A stretch of DNA of 64,000 nucleotides, from assembly GCA_013239625.1 (NCBI GenBank), contig MU054323.1, positions 11,429,815-11,493,814 of the forward strand, written 5' to 3'. The stretch is from Lama guanicoe (lineage: Eukaryota). The position numbers were made by a program, and so were the translations under genes. Shown in pieces: positions 48,835-60,845 of the stretch (positions are counted from its first letter, which is position 1; every line of letters starts with the position of its first letter). The notes under the pieces were generated by a model. It ran no database searches. It saw nothing but the letters and a program-made list of their open reading frames with translations, and was not told the origin of the DNA.

Positions 48835-50420
48835 AGGTGAGAAAAAAGACTCTCCTTTTCACCTGTGCTGGAACAACTGAATATCCACATGCAGAAAACA
48901 AATAAACAGACAAACAAATAAAATTCAACCCATGCCTTGTATCATATCCATACCTTAACTCAAAACAGATCACAGACCTAAATGTAAAGTCTAAAACTAT
49001 AAAATTTCGAGAAGAAAACCGAAGAGAAAAATCTTTATAAATTTGGGTTAGGCAAAGATTGTTAAAAGTATGGCACTAAAAGCGCAACCCATGGAAAAAA
49101 GCATGAATAAATTTGACTATCAAAATTAAAAACCTCTGCTCTTCAAAAGATTCTGTTAAGAAACTAAAGACAAACACAGACTGGAAGAAACTATTTGCAA
49201 AGCATAGATCTGATAAAGGACTTGTACGTATAAAGAACTCTCAAAGCCAACAATAAGAAGTCAAACGACCTAATTAAAAAATGGGCAAAAGTCTTGAATA
49301 GATACTTGACCAAAGAAGATAGATGGATGGTAAGTAAGCACGTGAAAATGTGTTCAGCATCATAAATCATTAGGAAAATGCAAATTAGAACAACTTCACT
49401 GAGATACCACTACACATCTAATAGAATGGCTAAAATTAAAAAGACTGACCACATCAAGTTTTGGTGAAAATATGGAAAACGTACACTGCTGATAGGAATA
49501 TAAAATAGCACAGCCACTCTGGAAAACAGTTTGATAATGTCTTAAACATTTGGTTGTCTGAATGGAAAAATATTTTTTGCTATACCAAATATTTCTGCTA
49601 CACCAAAAATAATTTCCAAATGTGAAAAGCAGAACTTGAAAGGAGTGTTATAATTTTATGTCAAATAGAACAAGATGCAGCACAAACTTTAGAGAAAAGT
49701 TGAGAATTCTGACTACATTAAAATCAAACATTTCTGTTGCTCAAGAAACACCAAAACCAAAGCAAAACACATTACATATCAGAAGAGGATAACGACTACC
49801 CATAAAACTAAGAAAGAATTAATATCCAGAATATAGAAAGAACTTCCACATATCAATAAGAAAAACATAACCCCCTAGTGAGCAAAGAAGGAAACCCAAA
49901 TTGCTATAGGGATATAAAAAATACGCAGCCTCTGTATGTTAAGACAAATGCAAATTAAAACCAGGAGATATTCTTTTGCACCATCAGAGTAGGAAAATTT
50001 TAAAATTCTGCTAATATCACGTATGGGAGAGGATGTGAAGGAAAGACAACTCAAAAACATTCACAGTGGAGGCGCAAAATGATACAAAATTTTGGGAGAG
50101 CGATTTGGCACTACATTTTGTAAAACTGAAGCAGCATGTATGTCCTGACTCAGCAAGTCTGCTTCTGAGCGTAGCTCCCCCAGAAACTTGGCACGTGGAC
50201 ACCGAGAGACACGCACAAGAACCTTCCCAGCAGCAGTAGGGCAGAAACCTGGAAGCAGCCCAGATGCTCACAGCCGGGAGAACAGGTGAACGAACTTAAC
50301 GACTAGTTTGCAGCAGTGAAAATGAATCAACTACACCACTCTTTAAGCAGGATGAGGCTTAAAACCACAATGTTGAATGAAAGAAGAGAATGACAGGAGG
50401 ACTTACATAAAATTTAAATA
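48835..50420 (+). mobile_element. Two tandem sense L1 ORF2 3' fragments of different age (junction near 49550-49610)
   Basis: gatcacagacctaaatgtaaag and gagataccactacacatc motifs; the same part of ORF2 recurs in more degraded form after 49700. Confidence 0.8.
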
Positions 50421-50474
50421 TGAAAGTTTTACTTTTTTAAAATAGCTTCAGCCCCTCCCAGCTAGGCTACAAAT

Positions 50475-50640
50475 AAGGTTGGCGAACATTTTCTGTAAAG
50501 GGCAGTTATAAATATCTTACATGGCGCAGACCACAGACAGTCAGTCTCTCTCTTTCTCTCTCCTCCCCCACCCCTCCTCCCACCCCTTCAATATATCAAA
50601 ACCATCCTTACTCTGAGGGCTGGAGTTTGTCCATCCCTGG
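50475..50640. mobile_element. MER58-like hAT-Charlie element
   Basis: ggttggcgaacattttctgtaaagggc...gagtttgtccatccctg terminal inverted repeats. Confidence 0.7.
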
Positions 50641-52054
50641 GCTATATCAACCCTCTTTCCCATTGGGTAGCTGGTATCTCAGTGATAACTTGGCCAGATG
50701 TCATTTCTCTCTGGCATCTTTGATGACCAGAGCAGTCTCATTTCAGTATTTTAGACTTAATTGTATTTATTTTAAAACTGCAAATCCGGCTTATGTCAGA
50801 GTTCCGCTCCCCACCGCTGTGCAAGGGGGACTGTGTCTGCGCGCTCGCTGGTCGGAGAGGTGGAGGAGGGCCTGCACCTCACGCTCTCTGCCTTTTGTTC
50901 TCTCTTTGAATGTCACTCTCTGCTTCCCACTTCAGACTGTAAACTCCCCAGGACTTATCGCTGGTCCCCTTGGCCAGGGCCCCCCAGGAGGGCAAGGAGG
51001 CTCTGGACATATGACTGGCCTGTCCTCACTGGTGGGGAGGGGTGCCCCTGACTTCATTCAGGTTCTTGGAGGTTCTGGCCAATGCTGGTGATGCTGTGAG
51101 GCGGCGGTCTTTGCAGAGATGGTGCCCCAGGCATCCTGGGGCTCATGGTCAGCTCCCACAGACCCTTCTGTAGCTGAGTCCCAAACCCCTCCTGTGGGCA
51201 GCTGTGTCTACCTTCAACCCTGCCAGCAATGTACACTCACAAACCCCGCTCCGGGTCAGGGCTACATCACTTGTCCCAGCTGCCTCCACTGCTCCTGCTC
51301 CCCACTCAACCCAGTGCTCCAGGGATTGTGTAGACCCCTGGGGACCTCCAGCTTGTCCATCTAGGCTCTCTGGGGGCAGGAGAACTGGTGTGAGGTGGGC
51401 TGCCCCATCTTCCTCACAGACACGCTCAGCTTCTGTCGCCTGGAGTCCTCCTGGCAAGACCTCTCCCTTCAGAAATCTCTAGAGCAGAGATAGACATTGA
51501 TCTTGGGAGTCAGAAGAACCTGTCATGCACCCTCTTCTTCCCATGGTGAGGGAGAACCTGCATCAGACATATTTTTCCAGGATGCACCTGAGGCTCCTTT
51601 TGCTGCGGCTCCAGCAGCAGCCCCAGGGTTCAGTGAATATCCAGCCCACCTGGAACAGGCCACCCCCTCCCCTGGCTGCAGGCACTAGTATCTAGGAGTC
51701 TCTGATGCTCCCCTCCCCAGGCTGCAGGGGAGGAGCCTCTGGGTATGAGCCCCACCTTCCCTGGAGGCTCTGCCCCACAGCCTCTCTGGCACGGCCAGTG
51801 GGGAGGGTGGGCAGAGCACCCACTATTTGGTGGGAGGCAGTCTCTCCTTGAGACCTCAGAGAGGGTCTGGCACCAATGCAGGTGGACTTCTAAACTGAAT
51901 ATGGGACACCAGAAAAAATCCCACTCAGCCTCCTGATTCAACATCCCATCCACTGGCAGCTCATTCCCTTGTGCCTGACTCCGTGTCTCCTGAGTTGTTC
52001 TCCCCGGTGGTGACAGTGGGGTCAGTGTAGGCAGTGGGAAGGGCACCCCAGGCC

Positions 52055-52200
52055 CCAAAGGCTGGCTCTGCCACGTTATTAACTGACAGATAATAATGCC
52101 CCCCCCCGCAGAGATACAGTCTGAGGATGAAATGAATTAGTATTTGCCAAGAGCTTAAAACGATGCCTGGCACAGGTAAGTGATTTCTAAAAGTTTCCCG
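52055..52200 (+). mobile_element. MIR SINE
   Basis: tgaggatgaaatgaattagtatttgccaagagcttaaaacgatgcctggcacaggtaagtg. Confidence 0.75.
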
Positions 52201-53427
52201 TTGATCTCTCATCACACTGAACAAGCCACCTCACCTCTCTGAGCTGCAGTTCCTTCCTTGCCTGCAAACGAGGCCCTAACACGCCACGGGTGGGATTTGA
52301 GGACTGGCTGCAATAGCACGACACCTGACGCATAGCGAGCTCCATGCAGAAGCTGGTTCCCTCTCCTCCCCCTCCGCTTCTGCTGCAGTCATTCAGAAGG
52401 CCATGCCTCGAGCAACAGGGTTTGGGTGAGAGCGCCCAGCAGAGCCGCTGTCCCTGGAAGGCACTGTGCTAGGCACCAAAGCAAGATGTGGGGCAGAAGG
52501 AGCAAGAAGCATCTTCGCTTGACTGGGAGAAAGGCATATTGCTCCTACTGCCTTCCTTCCATGTGCGATGAACCCTGGGCCAGGAGGCACAAGGCTTGGG
52601 TTCCCACCCAGCTTGGCCTGTGAACCATTGTACAATATTCAGCACCTCCGTCTAATTCTGGCCAGTCACTTCCCCCGGACCTCACCCAGTGCCCATTCCC
52701 CCTCCTTCTCATTCTAGCACTCTCTCTCATCGACCTTTCACCTCGATTATAGTTATTTTTGCTCATGGCACCAGATTTCGTTATTCTCTGGCACAGCTCA
52801 GTATATTCCTTCCTCCCAGATGCACTTCTCTGCTCTGCCTGGAGAATGGCGATGAAGTGACATCTCCATGGAAACAGATGTTGATCCCACAGTTGCTTAG
52901 CGATGTGCTGCAGGATGATGTAAGCCACACTCCGGTTTCCCGAGGGGCTTGGCATCCTTTGATGTGTCTGTACTACAGGGGCTGGGATGAGTAGGAGGTT
53001 TTTTACCTTGCTTTTACCATTTTTATGTAAAAGTAAAAAGCAAAAAGAACTGGAAATGTACCTTCTTTGGGAAGACCACTTTTGTCAGGTGAACAAAGTG
53101 TTGGGAGTCAGAACTGGGCTTGACAGAGGTAAGATGACGAATGTGACGTGTTCCTCTGGAGAGACAGGCTGAGGAACCTTGGAAACTGTGCCCAGAGTGG
53201 GGCACTGCTGGCCAAAGAGGAGTATCAGCTTCCCCACTCCACCCCAGGGGGCTGCAGACCTTTCAACTTAGACAGCCACTGTTCCCACCAGAGCAGCCCC
53301 AATATTCGCAGGGCCTGGGGCAAAGCACAAACAGAGGCCACACCCATGCCTCTAAATACTTAAAATTATAAACCAAGTCAAGAGATTGTTCAATAAAATA
53401 TATTCCATCCTCTGACTTTTGCCAATT

Positions 53428-53861
53428 ATTGTAGGCAGAATAACGGCCCCCCCAAAGATGTCCATATTCTAGTCCCTGAAACCTGTAAATATGTAATGTT
53501 GCATTAAGGTCATAGACAGAATTAAAGTTACCAATCAACTGCTTTATGACTATACATTATATCCTGGATTCTCTGTGTGGGCCCAATGTAATCACCAGTC
53601 CTTAAAAGTGAAAGAGCGGGGCAGAAGAGAAGGTCAGAGAGATGAGCAGTGGGAAGTACTGGGCCAGCCATCAGTGGCGTTGGAGGAGGAAGAGGCCACA
53701 GCCACGTGAGCTGGAATTCTCCCTTAGAGCCTCCGGGGAGTGCAGCCCTGTTGACACTCGGTGAGACTTCTGACCGACGAACTCTTAGACGATACATGTG
53801 TGTGGATTTAAGCCACTCGGGTTGTGGGAAGCAGCCACAGAAGCAATAGGAAACTAATACA
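53428..53861 (+). mobile_element. MLT1D-like (MaLR) solo LTR
   Basis: gtaggcagaataacggccccc..aaagatgtcc start and gcaataggaaactaataCA end; gggcccaatgtaatcac motif. Confidence 0.88.
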
Positions 53862-56800
53862 TAGTCACGCCATGACAGCGGTGGGGAAGGGGGGGGAGGG
53901 GCACACGGAGAAGGGCCCCAGCGGGTCCTGTTAACTGGTGTGGCCCCGAGAGGGGCTTTTCACCTGCACCTAAGGGCAGAACTGGTATATCGCTGGAGAA
54001 AAAAGAAAGCCATTTCCTCCCTCTTCCCTTCTTCAGTAGCCCTTTCAAAATAAAACAAAGGAAAAGCCTGCACAAACCAAGCTAGCCGAAGCCTTCCCCG
54101 TAGAGCCCAAGCCAGCTCCCCAGCTAGCGGGAGGCAGGAGGGCAGCTCTTCTGAGTTAGAAAAGACGGTGGGGCCTTGGGCCCCACCGCTTATCTGATTA
54201 GGGAACCAGCCCATACCTCGTTGTGCCTCAGGGTTTCCCCCTGTGAGATGGAATTCAGTGAGTCCACCCAGCAAGGATTACTTCCCTCCCTTCGCTTGGC
54301 TCTCCTGCAGTTTAGTAAATTGTCTTGCTTAGCTCTGAGGGCTGTGTTCTGAGCAGTCAGGAATTGCAAAGGAAGTAAATGTTCTCCCCTCTCTATTCTG
54401 ATGTCCTGTGTCCTACAGGTCCAGGGTACATCCCACTTCCTCCAGGAAGCCCTCCCTGACCGCTGCCACCCAGGCTCATCTGCAGCACTTCCTGGCTGTA
54501 GCCCTTGTTTTCTTCTCTGTGAACAGTGACTCATGATGCATACTTTGCATAAACATGTCTGTCCGGTGCCTGGTGCATGCCTCCATTCCCTAACAGGTAA
54601 AGCACATTGCAGGCCTCCCCAAAGCACTGTTGGTGAGGTGATGATCAGTTAAAGTATTCAGGGCCCAGAAGACCTGGTTACATGCTCAAATCAAAGTCTG
54701 AAACAGTTGGTAACGTGTAGGCTTACCTGCCTGCTGAGTGCCATGGCCTGTTTGACTTCCTGCTTTTATAGCCTTCCAGACTCCTTCCCTGGGACGACTC
54801 GATCATCTTCATGTGGTCTCACCCCGGCTGCAGCCTCGGGGTAGACCCTTTCCTAAGACAGGGAGAATTTAAGAGTTCAGTGGCTTGGGGGATTTGTCCT
54901 TGAGCCAGCCTGGATAGTCCTCCTCTATCCTTGATCTCAAGTCTACTAACAGGCTTTCTTCTGGGGGCTACGCCCCGCCTCCAGCCCCTGTTCTAGGTGC
55001 TTCTGGGTCTCCTGGGCCCCGACACCAGCCTGGCCCAAGTTCTGCTTCCCCTACAACTCACCCTGGATAGGTCTGGGGTCCTGCCTCTAAGGCGCTGTGT
55101 CCACTGTGTGACTTTCACATGTCTCCTACTGACCTACCTGCCAGGACACCCACTCCCCACCTCTGGCCCGGCCGCCCTGTCGCAGCCTCCTGCCTGCCCC
55201 ATCTTCTCTGTATACACTGGGGCTTCCCGTGAGGGTTGGCTATCCTGCCTGTTTTGAGTCGGCCCCTTCCAACCTCACCTTACCTGGTGCGGTTACAGCC
55301 TTCAGGTGCCGGCTCTTCTGTGCTTGGCTCTGGCTGACACATTTATTCATCTGTTTAGCCACTCTCACATCCAGCAAATACATGCTGAAGCCCTGCTCAG
55401 TGGCAGGCAGCATGCTGGAGGCTGGGCTCTGGGCTCCAAGAACTCCCCAGACCCTGAGCCCGAGGCTCCACCCCGTGCCCCTCCCTGAGGCTCCACGTGG
55501 GGAAGTTACTTCGACTGGTGGGTCTGATTGCGGCCACCTGCAGTGCTGTGTGTAACAATTAAATTGAGAACACAAGGCAGAATGAGAGAGATGAGACTGA
55601 ATTACAATTCTAATCCTGATAGAATTCTTTGGTATAATATGCACTCATAATAATAAACAAATTAGCCCACACGAGCTCCATTTAATTTTTAGTTCTTTAA
55701 TTTAACAAGTGCCTGGAGTCTTTCAAGAAGTCCTGGTTGAGACCTCTTTACACCCAGGAGTCCAGGAGGAACTGTCTTTAGTCAGTTACAGTTCGAGATG
55801 GCCTGGTGATGTGGCCATCACCAGCAGCCCGTATCGGCAGAGTGACCTTAGAAGGCTGCGTGTCCAGTGAGCAGTGCCCATGTGTGTGACAGTCAGACGG
55901 CAGGAGCCATCTCACAGCAGACAGCGCTAAGGCATTATTGTTCCTGCACTGTAAAGTCAAACTTGCAATCTGAACTTCAAACATTTTAATAATAAAAGTG
56001 TAGCACTAATTATACCCTTATATAAAAAATTATATTTCTTGTTGTATCCCAAAGGACATATGTGTGTGGCAATATTTGGCTTCAGCTCAATGTTTAACAC
56101 GTGGCCATTCTACCTTTGGCCGAGGTGAGTATTCAGTGCACCTCTAAAAGGATCCTGTTGCATTTTTTGTCTTTCCTCGACTTTAACTGGGATATTTTAT
56201 CTCAGTTAAAAACAGTGCCTCACATCAGAGCTGAATACAGGTTTCTTCTCTAACCGCTTCCTCACGCCGGTTCTCAGCCTCCTCCTGAACCATCGTTGTG
56301 GAGCCAATTACTGTGATCTTGTGGAGATGGAAGCCAAGTAATCCCATGTTTCCTCTGGGGAAGCAATGTCAGCAGGTGCCCGTCCCACTGGTGTCGAACC
56401 ACTGAAGTCAGGTGCTATTAAACCACATGGTGCTGCCCCTTCCACACCGCCCCCCCCCCGGTCTTCCTCCAGCAAAGAGGAAGGACCTCAGCTTCTGTCC
56501 TGGTTGCAGGAAGCCTGCAGTCGCTGTCGCTTCTCTCCTGAGCCACACGTATTAACACCCAGAGCCAATCCGGAGCCCTCCTCACTACTCCATGCTCTGG
56601 GTGGGGTTCTCAGCTCTCGTGCACTGCTCCAGGTGGTGTGTGAAAGGAGGCAGAGGAGTGAGGCATCAACAACCCACACTGATGGCAAGTGTCTGCAGCT
56701 GGGAGAGCCCACCATCCCCCACAGAATCACAGTGAATGGGTGAGCCTGGATTTCAAACGTCCTGCCACTTGCCCGATGAGTTCACGGCACTCCTGTGAGC

Positions 56801-57249
56801 CAGACCACTTCTCCATCTGGGGATCAGAAAAAGTTGCAACAGCCATTAGCGTCACCTCGCTGAGTAAGGACACAGGTCCCTGAGCCATCAATGACGTTCT
56901 CTCCACGCTGGGAACCTCCTGCAGGAATTGCACACTTCCGCTCTGGCCACATACATATTTCCTGCCTTCATGGTAACCTCCATCTTGTCACATTTCAGAG
57001 AGCAGTTTGCTGTGTTTGTCTGCCCAAAAGGCTGCCTTGGTTATAGATTATAAATAATTTCTTTCCAGAGCTTCAAGCTTTTCTGTAGGGTTACATTATG
57101 TGTGTTCCCTGCAGTGTGCCTTTCTAGGAGAACGTTCCAGGGGATGAGTAACTTTGGTTTGCCCAGATGGTCTTTCAAGCACTTTCCATATTTTAAGGAT
57201 CCCTTATTCTTTTTTTTTTTTCTGTCTGTTGTCATTCAAAGCTTTACTT

Positions 57250-57446
57250 CTTTTTTTTTTTACATTTTTATTGATTCATAATCATTTTACAGTGTTGTGT
57301 CAAATTCCAGTGTTCAGTACAATTTTTCAGTCATTCATGGACATATACACACTCATTGTCACATTTTTTTTCTCTGTGATTTATCATAACATTTTGTGTA
57401 TATTTTCCTGTGCTATACAGTGTAATCTTGTTTATCTGTTCTACAA
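57250..57446 (-). mobile_element. Young camelid-type L1 3' end, 5'-truncated
   Basis: Poly-T, TTTATT, then ttacagtgttgtgtcaaattccagtg...ttcctgtgctatacagtgtaatc; candidate TSD TTACTT 57244-57249 / 57447-57452. Confidence 0.8.
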
Positions 57447-57605
57447 TTACTTATTCTTATATATATTTTTTTTTCGAAGAAGTGTGTTTGATTTGAGATT
57501 TTAGGCTGAAACACTGCTTTTTACTGCAAATTCCTGCCCACATGCCATTGTTTCATCTTCTGAAGTGATTAGGTGAAATCGGCCGGTTAGCAGAGATCCT
57601 CAGGG

Positions 57606-57784
57606 CACTGTTTCTCAAAGTAAGGTCTGTGTCCACAGTGTGTTCCCTGAAAATGCAGACTGCTGGGTCTTGTTGCAAACACACTGGTGAAACATTTGGG
57701 TGGGGCAGGAGGAGGTCCTGGAACCTGCATTTCTCCCAACTGCTGTGGGTGATCCTTGTACGCTGCAGGGTTTGAGAACCACCA
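57606..57784. mobile_element. MER5A-like hAT-Charlie MITE
   Basis: TIRs cactgtttctcaaa...tttgagaaccacca; aaaatgcagactgctggg and aacctgcattt internal motifs. Confidence 0.8.
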
Positions 57785-58859
57785 TCCCAGCTGAAGGAGC
57801 AGGTTGGGGGGTGAGCTTCCCAGATGTTTTCAGAGGCTGCTTTTCTCTGCACATCCTCTCAATCCATGGGACTCTTGCTGTAGAAAGACCCCGGGGCTGG
57901 GTCTTCTTGCCTGCCCTTGTAGCTGTCAGTAACTTTCACATGGTGCAGAATCCTGATGGCCGCTCTGAAGGCAAGCTGCACTGTCCTAGTTGGACTCCAC
58001 GGAGATGAATCTGGCCACAGTGCCTAGGATGGGTCTGAGTGGGCAGAAGAGGATGCTTGGGAGATTGGTCCTCCCCACATTTCCCACGTGGAAGCAACAT
58101 GAAAAATGACGACGTTGGAGCTGCCTGCTGAGATTAGCAGATGAGGTGTCCTTAGGCTGCAAGATGCTGGTCCAGAGGCTCCAGCCTCCACAAGCCTGGT
58201 CTGGCCACCCTGCGGGCTGAGACAGAACTCTTGGCACACCTGTTGCCCGTTTGTCTGGAGCCCTGCAGGGATGTCAGTTGCTCTTGTCCATGTAAGAAAT
58301 GGATGATGGCCTGCAGGGATAGAGAGGAGAAGGCTCAGCAGCAGACATTGAGGGTAGGGGATTTTAGACTTAACAACCAACTAGATGTGGGAAAAAGAAA
58401 GGAAGGCGTCAGAGCCCAGCTGGGATGCAGGACGGTAAACAGAGTAATGATAGAGCCTGGCCTTGTTGCTGTGGGAGCTGTGCCTTTCGGTCTCACCTCT
58501 CTCATCTGTGTCCTGCCTGAAACCGCATGCTTTTCCCTGGTCATCTGTTCCAGCGGCTCCTCAGGGGAAACTGGAGAATAATGCTGCAGACGTTGGAGCC
58601 AACGGCTGCTTTCTCCTCCCAGCCCCTGCGCTCCTGCTAATGATGGTGAGGGGAGTATTTGGCATCGCCCATTTTATTTCTTGGTCGAATAAGGCACACA
58701 CAAGCTAGGTACCTTGTTCCATGACTCACCCACCAGGGGCTGAGATAGGGAGTTTATCTCCAGCCCTTTTCATCCCTGAATCAATGTTTTGCGTGTTTTT
58801 GCAATCACCACAGACACTGCCATCTCAGCACATGGACAGGTGATCTATTTGCTCTTTAT

Positions 58860-59000
58860 ATCAATCTCAAGCTGTGGGCAGGGCAGACTTCTCAGTTGCA
58901 TTTCACAGTGGAGGATTCTGAGGCTCGGAGGCTGCTAGGCTGCACTCAAGGCTCCCGGCCAGTAGGTGGCGAGCAGGGATCTCTGGCTCCCTGAGGACCC
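58860..59000 (-). mobile_element. MIR SINE (degenerate)
   Basis: catttcacagtggaggattctgaggctcggagg...ctcaagg. Confidence 0.65.
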
Positions 59001-59168
59001 AAGTCCCAGGGTCCTTTGGGCTCCAACAAATTGCCAAATTCTTTAGCTCATGGTGCAGCCCTCTCTATGACCTGCACTCCCAAATCTGCCTGCTGGTCCT
59101 CAGCAGCAACACTACGTGGGGTTGGTTTCCAGGCAGGGGAGACCCAAGAGACAACATTGGTTTAAACC

Positions 59169-59310
59169 CAAGGGTGGATTATGTTTTGTGGAGCCTGGCG
59201 TTTATACAATTTTGCAGTGTCTTTAGGGAAAAATTCACAGAAAACCTGGACTATGCAAGTGAGGGGCCCTGAAGATTATGTTCCGTTAGCTCCCCAGGCA
59301 CCTGCCTCTG
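59169..59310. mobile_element. MER53-like hAT MITE
   Basis: gttttgtggagcctg...ttatacaattt...tgcaagtgaggggccctgaag...gcctctg. Confidence 0.75.
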
Positions 59311-59734
59311 CTCAGGGCTGTGGAGGGCACGCAAAACCTTGGATCAGTCTTCCTTTTTGCTCACATCTTGCCCAGCACAAGTGCAAAATCACAGTATCCT
59401 TGCCTTTGAAAAAGGCAGTGTCACCCCAAGGCCCTTGAGGCCCCTTTCTGTATGTCAAGCTAATTATTAGATGATTAGATTATAGCTACAGTGTGTGCCG
59501 TCTGGGTCAGCTGCTGCTACTGCTACCAAAACACCCCGCAAGCGCCACATGACAGGTTTGCAAAGATGGGAAGGACTAAGTGCTTCAGGCCTGGACGGTG
59601 AAAACAAGCTCCCAGGTCACCTCTATCAGGGAGGCACCTGGATGCAGTGGATGGGCGGGGTGGGGGGCGTGGTGGGAGGAGGCTGTGGCAGGCACAAATC
59701 TCTTCCTCAGAGAAAGGGGAGCAGCAGAATTTCC

Positions 59735-59900
59735 TAAGCCAGCTAAGCTCCTCACGTGCATCATTTCCTTTAATCTCCCAACCAGCCTTTTAAGGTGGGG
59801 GCTATTATCATCACCAATTAACAGATGAACTGAGGCTAGCAGGTGGTAGAACGAGTATTTGAACCCAGAACTCATGGTGAACAGCACCCTGGGCTAAGAT
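59735..59900 (-). mobile_element. MIR SINE
   Basis: catcatttcctttaatctcccaaccagcc...acagatgaactgaggct...atttgaacccag. Confidence 0.75.
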
Positions 59901-60376
59901 CCCTGCTCGCTTTCCTCCTTTTCACATACATGGGAGGCCTTCTCCAGTATTTGTAAGTGACACCCCCTCCCTACTACCCCCTAAGACCCGTCCACAGTCA
60001 GGACTTCCCATGGGCAAGGCAGTATGAGAAGTTACGCTGCCAACAAGGTGAGACCGTAGTGCTGTTCCTCTGGTCCCCAGAGAGGGGTTACATTGGGTTG
60101 ATGATTTGCAGATGCACTCAGTGGAAACCTTGGCACTCCGTGGAGAATTCCTGGGAGAGGGGAAGGGAAGGAGGGCATCTGATGGGCAGGGGTGGATGGA
60201 GTAGTGAGGCAGCTGCAAGAAACTCACACTCCCAAATCCAGCCAGAGCAGTTTCCTGATAAACTTTGTGTTTGAACAAAAGGATCTTCACCCACAAATGT
60301 TATAGGGTCCTCCCAGCCCCACACCCACCACCCTGGCTGCTGGGGTGAAAGGATGATGCCGGGTTCTGTAGGGAAA

Positions 60377-60845
60377 GCAGATCCTGAACTTCTCTGTTGA
60401 GCAATCTGATGAAGCCTCTGAGCAATGTTTTCAAATGCATTAGAGAAAATACGTAAGATTACAAAGGAAACCAATTGCATTGAAATACAGTTATCAAAAT
60501 ATTTCTGAAAACCTCCAATTTGCAATAAAGTATGGTGTCTGCCTCTTTGTTAACACATTTAACAAGATCTAGTGACAAGTCTAACAGCCACCCTCATTCC
60601 CAAGCCGTGAGGAGCTTCGACAGTAATTTAAGATATCCGCCACCAGGGCAACTGCGATAGGAAGAGTATCTGTGATTTCTATTGGTGACAAGTCACCGAC
60701 ACTGCTAAAACATCTGAGGTCTGTTCCCTACATTCCAAGTAGCAGGAGATGCTAAATTTTGGCTGAAGGTTAGTGAAAATAAAGATGGAAAATTTTTTCC
60801 AATCCTAGTTCCCAGACCCCTTGAATTCTGTCCCCACAGCCCATG
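60377..60845. mobile_element. MER119-like hAT-Charlie element
   Basis: gattacaaaggaaaccaattgcattgaaatacagttatcaaaatattt and tatctgtgatttctattggtgacaa, ggttagtgaaaataaagatg match recalled consensus. Confidence 0.8.
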
